From the NCBI RefSeq assembly GCF_006345805.1, contig NW_021832783.1, positions 1 through 32,834 on the forward strand: a stretch of 32,834 bases of DNA. Reading direction: 5' to 3'. The DNA comes from Octopus sinensis (Eukaryota). Both the position numbers and the translations under genes were made by a program. Of this stretch, positions 1-9,193 are shown one piece after another. The notes beneath the pieces are model-generated. The model was not told where the DNA came from. It searched no databases and saw only the letters and a program-made list of their open reading frames with translations. Numbering within the stretch: the first letter of the stretch is position 1; every line of letters begins with the position of its first letter.

Positions 1-159
1 GTTTTACAGATTGGAGATATGCTCTCACGTAGTTTTCTATAAATTACAATGTTTCTCAATTCAATTATTTTTGTAATGTTAAAGTTTTAACTGGATTCTT
101 TTAAATTTGATTTTAGTAGAATATAACTTTTATTATAAAAATTAATATATAGGCTTTAA

Positions 160-889
160 ATGTTTGACTATTCACGTGGTGCATTTGAAAATTTACTCGA
201 AACGTTGACTGAATCAGAAGATAGCATCCTAAAAATAAGCCAATGGGTGGTTTTAAATCACAAAAATAAACAGGAAATCGCACAAATATGGAACGAGCAA
301 TACAACAAAGGTTTAATTCCACCATCTCAACTTTTAGCCCATCCAAATAAAAAAATCAATCTTTTACATCTCTGTGACCGTTTACTGCAAAATGGCAAGA
401 AACGAGGCCGAGATTTTTCCGAAACATTCCAAAAAAGTCTTTGCAATGTTTTTATTTCAAATGAGTGACTTTATTTTTATATTCGTAGTGAGGAGGTGTC
501 TCAAACCCTCCAAGAATTGCTAACCACGTGGGGGAATACTGAAATGTTTTCCAATTCAGTCATTTCATCAATGAAGGCTGGATTGACTTCAAAAACTAAA
601 AAGTCGAGGGTTTTTATTTTTTTCTTATCAAAGTTTGAACGAATGGTTGAACTGATGGCCCAAGTTGAAGAATGGGAGGAATCCGGGATGCATCCACAGG
701 CTGATATGTTGGAAAAGATCGAGACAATTCAGAGTCTTTTGGCCGGTGTTGTTGTTGAAGAGTGTCAGTTATTGAGTGAATTAAAAACCTGTTCTCAGGT
801 GAGGTGGAAATCCGGTAGTTTAGGAACTGAAAGCATTCTTAAGTGTAAGTGCTATGAAAGAAAGGGAGTCGAGGAGTTTGAATCATTAA
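160..889 (+). CDS. RPRD1: RPRD1A/B (CREPT)-like RNA polymerase II CTD-interacting domain protein, about 5 exons
   Basis: The N-terminus FENLLETLTESEDSILKISQWVVLNHKNKQEIAQIWNEQYNK-AHPNKKINLLHLCDRLLQNGKKRGRDF follows the CID pattern (SNSQQSVQTLSLWLIHH...KLTFLYLANDVIQNSKRKG). Predicted GT-AG introns 311-337, 467-490, 610-633 and 800-824 join the two ORF-track pieces. The 3' end is uncertain (889, or 924 if the last intron is not spliced). Confidence 0.7.
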
Positions 890-1499
890 ATAATTTTTAC
901 ACTATTTTTGACTTTATGAGATAATTTTAATCAACAAATTGTAAAACGGCTTAGTTTGTAGATGAAAAGTTTTGTTTATATGAAAAATAGTCTTAGATCT
1001 TTATATTCTGACTTTCTGGGTATTCTACGAATTTTGAATAGGAAAGGTTTTGAAAATTTTTTTTTGATTTTAAATTTGTTGATTAGCTACAGACTAGGGA
1101 TTATTTAACAAAATAAGGATTGACTTGGTACGTTTTATTTTATTATTTGAATTACTACTCTTTCTGCTTTTAGAATGATCAAGTAAACTTTGATGAATAT
1201 AAAATGACAGTTCTATTTTAAAGTATCTAATTAAGAATCCAGATTGGCAGTAATTTCTCTTCTACGAGATTGTCAGTTTGGCACGAACTTCTTTTCATTT
1301 TACATTTCTTCATCACAACCTACTGGATGTATGTCCTCGTTCTTTCTTCAATGGATAACTTCGTATGACTTTCACAAAAATTTGAGACAACTCCCGTGTC
1401 AAGATAATTGGAATAATCTTTACTTTTGCTTCATAGAGGATCGACAGTTTGTTTGCCAGCAGATTGTATTTTTGAAATTTGAAATCTCAAATTTATGAT

Positions 1500-1590
1500 T
1501 TCCGAACTGGCGAGTGTCGTAAGGTTGGAAAAAAACTTGAAACTGTTAATATTGAACGTGGTATACTCAAAGGTGATTAGTTGTCATTTC
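1500..1590 (+). mobile_element. Tiny degenerate non-LTR reverse transcriptase remnant
   Basis: Translates as GKKLETVNIERGILKGD*LS, resembling NKRIGTVKLERGILQGDSLS of the retroelement at 16.8 kb. Confidence 0.35.
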
Positions 1591-1942
1591 GAATATTTTT
1601 ATTGAATCCATCAAACAGGAACTCATAACAATTATGCCCCAATAGATTGAATCAGAACTTTCTGAATGAAACCAGTAATATTCAAGGCCCAGAAACTGGT
1701 TTTCTTCGTAATCGAAAATTTATGCCATACGAATTCCAATATACTCAAACTCTATCCTCCATCTATCGATTTTTAAACACAACTTGAAGTTTATGCTTAA
1801 CTTCTGATAAGATATTTATCCAGCATATAAATTAGTCAAAATTAGATCAATGTGCAGTAAAACCTCTCAAATCAGCAGATTTTGGCCGGTACGTCAATCA
1901 AAACAAAACTAATACATTAAAAAGTATTTATTAAATAAATAA

Positions 1943-4343
1943 TCAAATTCCATAAACTTTACGTATAAGACAAGTCAGGGACTGTTGATCGTACTTAAAA
2001 TACTTAGTCGGCGTCGAAGAAAAGGAGAATCTGGCATAACTCATCACTTCCTGCTGATACTTCTTTACAACGAGTGCACAACACTTGGCACAAATATCCT
2101 TCCGCTGTTGAACGTCGGCCAAATACATATTTCCATGAGATCTGGCAATATCCTCCAAATCCTTATTAAACACCTACCACAATAACATGCACTCAGTCAC
2201 ATTAAACATGTCTTTAATGGCCTTCCGTTCCCGCTCCCTCAACTATAAAATAATACAATTTAAAAGACAACTTCTGATCCAGGTTTGTATACATCAATCT
2301 CAAATGGCTTGAACAAATGTTCCCATCTTTCATGTATAATAAACAATGTACATTTGTAAATATTCCCCCTCAAACTTGGCAATATTCTTGCTTATTCTAC
2401 TCTTGGAGTCCTCCAATAGTCGAATTGTGATCTTATCCCTACAAAATCGCCAAACAAGACATACCTATCACTCGTCGGGGAAAATACCAGAAAGGACAGA
2501 TTCCTCAGAATATATGTAAAATTGTTCATTAGAAACACATTTCTTATCCCCGAATCGCCATAAAGGGTCGCTTTCTGCAGGAGATTGGCCTCCAAAGGTG
2601 GAGAAATCCCTTCACTGCCATTCAACCAACCCACCTACCAATAAAATCGACAACATTAAGAGTGGCAGCAGACAAGGACACGTCCGAACCTATCAAATGA
2701 GTCAAGAAAACACATTTCTCTGAAAAGGAGACTTCACTCCGCCTGAGATAGTATATTTTCAGACACTCCCCCACGCTCTGTTTATTCTCAAATATTATTT
2801 TTAGAAACGGCATTGTCTGAATGGACTTATTATACCAATACCTTGGCAGCCAACTCATGCACATTCCCGTCTGGGGGCATTGAGGAGTTGTTTATTGGGT
2901 CAATCTGGCAATTTATATGACAGAATAAACCCTTATCAACTCCAGTTGTCGTTCCATGATTTTTCCTGCCATGTTCTGCAGATCGATGTATAGGAAAGTT
3001 ATTTTGGACGAAAATGCCTCCAATGCTTTAAGATTCTGATTCTTTTGAACACAAGTCTTGAAGCCTGACTCAATTTCGTTTATATTCCTCAGACCACCCA
3101 AAAGGGAGGATAAGGCGGTTGAAATCCCCTCACATGTTGCCAATGTTATTATCAAATTGTCCAATTTCTATATTTTATGTTTAGTTCTCCACCTTGGAGT
3201 CACTTTCGAGTGGTTCAAGTCGAGGAATAATTATCATTTTGAATATTTGATTCACAAGCGACTTGCCAAACTGGGAAAAAGTGGCTTTAATAAGATCGAG
3301 CTCAGTCTCGGCCAGAATGGTCAAATTATACAAAGACTGAACCAGCAAATCGACACTAAAACCATCCAAGTCCCCCACGTTTTTACGAATGGCAGCCTGC
3401 GAGGCGTTCAAAGGGGAAAATTTTGAAATATTCCTATCACATAAAGTCACAACAAATACTTCAAATGTGAGAAATTACGATAACTGGGACTACACTATTG
3501 GAATAAATAAAAAGTACAACTGAAGCAGGAGTCTGGTGGGTTGTTTCTGGTCGACTAGTCGTCCGTAAACACTCAAATCTCGCCGTCACAAATAAATCCA
3601 TAAAATAGTCCAATTTACTCTTCAAATTGACTTTAATCCAGTTATAAGAATTTGCCAATTTATTTATTTTGTCGGCTGACCGTGAATAATATCCAGCCAA
3701 ATTATTTCGCACTGAAAATCTAAGTCGGGAAATACCCATAAAATTGATTCCCGCGTCGTTTTGTGGAATTCCGTGGTAGTTCCGAGAGCGGGAAAATGAT
3801 TGGGGAGTGTTTGTGACAGAATCAGCAGTTCTGGACATAAAAATGGACTGATCGGGAGTAAAATTATCCTTAATAAAACAGATAATGTCATTTTCCAGCT
3901 TAGAAACAAGCGAATCGAATAAAATTGCCTTTTTTGGTGAGAAATAAAATACAGCGGTTTTAGTCTCGATGGATTCCGGACGATTGGAATGGAAAAAGTC
4001 CTTCGCCTTATTCACAGCATCCAAAACACTGATCATTTCAGAGAGATCATTGCTGGATGACATTTTTGTTATTAAATATGCCTTATTTTGTCGACTCCGA
4101 TCTTGTTTATATTTTTGATGACCTGATAGTGGAGGATTATTGAATCGGTCTGTTTAAGGGCCTCCACGTAGGCTGAGATGTAGTGAGAGAAAGATATACC
4201 ATGACAGTTCAGTTGAGAAAGGAGGATTTGTCAAATATGCACGAGAATGAATCTTCAATGCTCTTTAGTTGAGAGGAAAATGACTCTAATGTAGCTACAT
4301 ATGCGTTTGTCGAACTGTCAATGTTAGCCAAAAAATCTTTCAT
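1943..4343 (-). CDS. EXOC7: Exocyst complex component 7 (Exo70), about 13 short introns
   Basis: The spliced product has Exo70 motifs in order: TLESFSSQLKSIEDS; LDAVNKAKDFFHSNRPES; MPPDGNVHEL; LEANLLQKATLY...VFLMNNFTYILRNL; VYKPGSELRERERKAIKDMFNVFNKDLE (human VFQPGVKLRDKERQIIKERFKGFNDGLE); KYFKYD. It needs one extra A near 4213 and one GC-AG intron (4053-4081). Confidence 0.9.
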
Positions 4344-4677
4344 TAAATTCAATCTATCTGTATACTATAAATTAAACATAATTTGTGATTATTTAACATT
4401 TGGATGATCAAACTTATCCATCCACACACCAACAGGAATTTTAAATTTGTAATTTTATATGAATTAGTATTATTTAATTTATGACAATTTTAGTTAACAT
4501 TATTTTTAACTAATAGAATTTAAATTTCAGAAAAAAGATTTAAAATATTCTATTTCAATATTCTATAGTGTAGAAATAATAACAGTTCAGAATTAAATTT
4601 AGTAATTTTACTATAATTTAATTATACTATAATTATATTATTTTTATATTAATCAACGGTCAACCTAATATAATAAA

Positions 4678-5213
4678 ATGTCTACGTACAATATGATGTG
4701 TTACTGTGCGTTACTATGTTGAACCTAAGAAGTAAAAGAAATTTGTCACTTAAAAATTCGAAAATTCGAAAAATTAGAAATAGAATGAATGCTAAATTGA
4801 CTCTTGAACAATATATTGACACCGTCAAATTCCGTATTCAAACGCTAAAAGAAGAAAAAGCAAGACTGGAAGAATCTAATCGTGAATTATCATTAAAAAA
4901 CGACTACTTAATTCAACAATTAAGTCTCAATGCCCTGCCAAAGTCTACAGAACTTACGTCTTCTCTGCAGCAGAAGAATACAGTGGCATTATTTCTTCTC
5001 CTTATTACTTTCCTTGCAGTGGAAAATGGGAAGAAATCTATATTTTTGAAGTCTTCGAATCGACCTAATTTGGTTATAAAATCGAGGATCTTTAATTCAT
5101 TTAAGGAATTGGATCGAAGAAAAACTTTTCATAGGCACTATGTTGACTATGATTTTTTTGTCGCGATATTTTGTTGTGACATTATTAAAAAATTTAATTG
5201 GTTTTATAAATAA
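4678..5213 (+). CDS. Small leucine-zipper protein with a transmembrane segment; possibly a divergent CREB3/OASIS-type bZIP
   Basis: ATG at 4678 with a predicted intron 4698-4729. The product reads RKIRNRMNA, then YIDTVKFRIQTLKEEKARLEESNRELSLKNDYLIQQL (same spacing as the CREB3 zipper YID.L..RV.......L......L...N..L..QL), then hydrophobic TVALFLLLITFLAV. It is divergent from EXOC7 across 334 bp. Confidence 0.45.
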
Positions 5214-5784
5214 ATGGCTTTATTCTTAAACATTTTTATTGTTTATGACTTTACTTTTATTTGGATTTAAGTGTTAGAACGAGTATAACCATGCTTTTAC
5301 ACACCAAATAATCTGACAAGTTATTTTTAAACCGGAGAACTTTTGAGAAATTAGTTACTTGTCAAATGAGAACTGAGCTTTTTCAGTTTTTTAAAATTTT
5401 ATAAAAATATTTGTTTGTATGTTTTAGGAGATTGATTCTGTAAATAATAAAACAATAACTGGCATTTACTGCATTCTAAGTATTCCTTCTACCGAAATAT
5501 GCAATTTTTGCGAATATTTATTTTGAATTCTTCAAAAACACTTAAAGAAAATATGAATAAAATTAATAGTAAAGCTCAATTTAATGAAGGTTCACTTCTT
5601 TACGACTGTCTAGTGAAAATTATTTCGATTTTTATAATCAAGAATGGAGTTATCTCAACATGCTACAGGAATTATTAATAGTAGATACATTATCTTCATA
5701 AAATTTAAAATCGTTGTGGTGTTGTGGCGTGTTTATCGTTTTTGACAATTATCTAATGTGTCAATAGAGAGTATAAATATAATC

Positions 5785-6320
5785 TGGAACTTGGATCGAT
5801 GTCAGATAGACATTTGACTTTTTCGATCAGAATTTATATATCACGTGCTTTCTCAGTCCGGAATTCCGAACGCAAATTTTGTGAAAACCTTAATCAACAA
5901 ATAAAATATTATTTTGAAACTCAACAATAAAAGGATTGAAACTGTAAAACTGGGAAGAGAAATCCGGCAAGAAGATTCACTCTATGGATCCGTTAAGTAT
6001 GATCTTAAATATGAAGTTCCGGAAGGTGTGTCTAACCAAAGTCATCTGCTTGCGGTCTTATATTTGACAAACTATTTGTTGTTTATTGAAAACGTGAAAA
6101 TAATTGGTGAGAATGAGAATATTGTTTTAAAAATGATGAAAGATTTTTTCGATGTTTTTTGCTTCAAGAGGGACTCAGAAAAATCTCAGACCAACTTGCA
6201 CTATGTGAAAGATACAAAATGTCTGTATGACTGCGTTGGGCAACTTTACCAGGGAGTTCTGGAGGATAGAAATATCAACGTCAAGAAAAACGAAGTAATG
6301 TGACCAATTGCTCGCAGCTA
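5785..6320 (+). mobile_element. Degenerate internal RT fragment of the R4-like retrotransposon family found at 15.5-17.7 kb
   Basis: Colinear at DNA level with about 16628-17190 (tggatcgatgtcaga..., aattttgtgaaaac..., ggatccgttaagta..., ctatgtgaaagatacaaa...). The catalytic motifs are eroded. Confidence 0.8.
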
Positions 6321-6559
6321 CTGATCTGGCAATTCGCTGTATTCTAATCAATTTACGAATAGATCTTAATCCTGAAAATAAATAACGATTTCAGAAATTT
6401 CTCATTTTCTAGGATCCTAGTTTTTAGGATCCTAGCGGGATAGTTATTCCTTCAGTTGTTTTTAGTCGGATCTCTTCTCCTTTGTTTTCCATATTACTTA
6501 GTCTGTTGAAAACCTTCCAAAAATGAGGGTTTTTCTTATTCAGTTTTTAGCATTGTCTC

Positions 6560-7570
6560 TTCATAGCAAGGTCTGAATGATTTTTGCGACATCATTTATC
6601 TCTGTTTTCACGGTACGAATCTTATCCCGAAGACGAATGCAATATATGGTGTCACTGCATCGTCTTAGCTTCTTTTCAAGGTTTCCCTTCCATTTTATAA
6701 GTTTTCCCAAAGATTCGTCAATCCGGGTTTTTCTGTTACTATTTGACATGATGTATTTTCTGACCGAAGATTTTTGGAGAAAATCCAGTTAGCTTCTCTG
6801 AGAATTTTATCGAGTTTTTCAATTTTTATATTTGAGGAGATGTTTTCTATTGGATACGGTATCAAATGCATTTTCATTGATATCTCGAAGTCAGACCAGA
6901 TTGTCCGAGACGTATCATATCCGATGAAAAGATCTTCGCATATCGTAGATGATGTTTGCATACATAAAGATTGAGGTAGGTGATCACTACCAATGTTTAT
7001 CTAAATTCTTGGTATGCTGCATTGATGAACAAGATCAGCCGATACAAGAAAAACTTCAATACAATCCTCCCCATAACAAGAGAAATGGTTTGGTTCTTGT
7101 AAGGTCAAAACACTAAAGCCGCAGTTCTTCGATAATCTGAGGAGTATATGACCGTCCGAATTTGTATTAGCACACCAGTACGATGTGTGTTTTGCGTTAA
7201 GGTCTGCTATTAGAATTCCTCCATCATTGTTTTGGAAAAATTCTTCAATAAGATTTGGTTAATTCTTTATTGCTTTGGAGTACATAGCTCCTACAGATAT
7301 CCATCCAAGGAATGTTAGTAGTTTCAATGCAATTAGTTCGCAAAAATTTCTTCAACGATTTTCAAGTCCCTCACCATTAGATTGTCTTTATAATGTCAGG
7401 TCGCCATGGGATATCAATCGACTGAAAACCATGGATTTTGTGATGCTGCTTTCCCTTAAGCTTTGTTTTATTAACAACCAATATGTTTACCGATCTAACC
7501 AAGTAGCTTAGCTCTGTAGCCCGTTTCCGAATTGACCGGGGGTTGATAAGCGTAAAAACGCTCATCTCGT
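6560..7570 (-). mobile_element. Decayed APE-type LINE (Jockey/I-like): endonuclease domain and linker
   Basis: Minus-strand frames give LINPRSIRKRATEL (APE start), LIADLNAKHTSYW (GDFNAKH..W motif) and GSDHLP. Many stops and frameshifts. Confidence 0.65.
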
Positions 7571-7735
7571 CAAGTTTTGGTGACTGTCCTCCATAAAGAG
7601 CGCCACCAGTTCCAGTAAATTTTTAAACGTTTTTTTAGTCGTCGTTTTCGATTTAAGATGGAGATCCTCCAATTGATTCTTGGAGTATTTTTTATGATTT
7701 TCTCTGGGTGGCCCTCATGGAGATAAAGTCAGGTA

Positions 7736-7884
7736 TTAATGCTGATCTTTTTTTCCTCTATTTCCCAACGAGATTTTCAACAAAATTTTTTCCAAATCAG
7801 CACAGGTAGCACATAATTTTCTTTTGTTGGGAGATTTGAGAATATTACGAGCCTGGTTATAAGCAGTCGAGGATTCATCTAGAA
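7736..7884 (-). mobile_element. LINE RT C-terminal remnant, downstream half (split by the hAT insertion)
   Basis: Removing 7885-11165 and one TSD joins it in frame with 11174-11330 to give NAGLRTRIRRLESSTIDHLYRETKILPIADHLEMHGLQVLDESSTAYNQARNIL, resembling the NAALR...IDHLH.ETKILP..HLE segment after LINE RT domains. Confidence 0.55.
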
Positions 7885-8133
7885 CAGGGGTCTCCAAACC
7901 CCGGCCCGCCATGTGATTTAATCCGGCCCGGCTGTTATAAATATCTTTTTTTGGCAATAAGAAAGGAAATAGATTTGTTTCTCATAAAGAAAAACTGAAA
8001 AGAACCACTTTTGTCAGACACAGAATGGCTTTGTAGATTGGCTTTTTCGTGGACATTACAGGCCATATGAATGAATTAAATCTCAATTCGCAAGGTTAAT
8101 TTATTATATTTTTTATACCATTTCCTATACTAA

Positions 8134-8393
8134 ATGGGAATTAACGTCAAACAAAGTGGTATTAACGTCAAACAAAGTGGGATTAAGGTCAACTATGTGG
8201 GATTAAGGTCAAACAAAGTGGGATTAACGTCAAACAAAGTGGGATTAAGGTCAAACTATGTGGGATTAAGGTCAAACAAAGTGGGATTAACGTCAAACAA
8301 AGTGGGATTAAGGTCAAACTATGTGGGATTAACGTCAAACTAAATGGGATTAAGGTCAAACTATGTGGGATTAACGTCAAACTAAGTGGATTA
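8134..8393 (+). repeat. Tandem array of 12 full 21-bp units plus a partial (left TIR)
   Basis: Consensus GTGGGATTAA(G/C)GTCAAAC(AAA/TAT/TAA). Units start at 8134, 8156, 8177, 8197, 8218, 8239, 8260, 8281, 8302, 8323, 8344 and 8365. There are no spacers. Confidence 0.95.
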
Positions 8394-8678
8394 CGTTTAT
8401 TATAAATATTATATTTCGACGCAGCAAATAAAAATGCCACGTAAATCATTGGAAGAGAAAAATCAAATGCATAGAAATAAAATACATTTAATTTCAGCTG
8501 CAGAATCAGGTGGAGATTGGAAAAAAACAGCACTTGAACTCAATATCCCGAGAACAACGAGAACAATATAATTGGATGCATCTCAAATCTAGGACTCATT
8601 TACTGTAAAATCCGAAGGGGAGCTTTTAAAAAAGAGCAGATATGGTTAACATAAAATTTTAAAAAAAGAATTTTTGGT

Positions 8679-8815
8679 GTTAATCCCATTTAGTTTGACG
8701 TTAATCCCACATAGTTTGACCTTAATCCCACTTTGTTTGACGTTAATCCCACTTTGTTTGACCTTAATCCCACATAGTTTGACCTTAATCCCACTTTGTT
8801 TGACGTTAATCCCAT
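8679..8815 (-). repeat. Inverted tandem array of 6 full 21-bp units plus a partial (right TIR)
   Basis: Reverse complement of the same unit variants as the left array. Confidence 0.95.
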
Positions 8816-9193
8816 TTAGTATAGGAAATGGTATAGTTTTGAAGGTGAATATGCTCTTATTTGTGATTTATTCACAGATGTCAAGGCATTTAGGTAAAAA
8901 CTAGTGCTTTTTGGAAAACAACTCAAAAATAAAAACTGTTCATTTCGCATTTTGCGAAAATTTCTGTAAAGAAAACGTTTGTAAATTTCCTGTCGAATTT
9001 GGTACCCAAATAATTAAGGATTTGAAGAAACAATTTCTTAAACGATTTTCTGACTTTAACAAGAGAAACGATGAAATAAGGTTTTTTGATAGTTTCATTC
9101 ATTGAAGGTTATTTTAAAATCCTTTTCAATGCGAAGCCGAAACTATTCCAAGTTATCTTCAACTTGAAATAATTAAACTCCAATCAGATAATA

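Larger units (their letters stand above)
8116..8833 (+). mobile_element. Non-autonomous Tc1/mariner/IS630-type element with foldback-like TIRs built from tandem repeats
   Basis: Termini TACCATTTCCTATACTAAATGGGA / CCCATTTAGTATAGGAAATGGTA with TA on both sides (8114-8115, 8834-8835). The centre encodes only MPRKSLEEKNQMHRNKIHLISAAESGGDWKKTALELNIPRTT, an HTH-like N-terminus of the kind seen in IS630/Tc1-like transposases; there is no DDE domain. Confidence 0.8.

Noticed and set aside
2615-2634. A 20-nt intron in Exo70, which would be the shortest here
   Set aside because: A 24-nt intron (2615-2638) plus one missing G fits equally well given the assembly's deletion pattern; unresolved without reads.
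4207-4212. In-frame TGA in Exo70 exon 1 suggesting stop-codon reassignment
   Set aside because: Adding one A restores a frame that avoids it, and the other genes end in ordinary TAA or TGA stops.
6409-6435. Palindrome CTAGGATCCTAG with a near copy 16 bp downstream
   Set aside because: Short local duplication at the edge of decayed elements, with no further support.
8134-8815. 21-bp arrays as a CRISPR array, telomeric repeat or repeat protein (VGLRSNK / LTLIPHS ORFs)
   Set aside because: Units are contiguous with no unique spacers and there are no cas genes. They are arranged as inverted arms of a TA-flanked element. The 7-aa repeat ORFs are a by-product of the 21-bp period.
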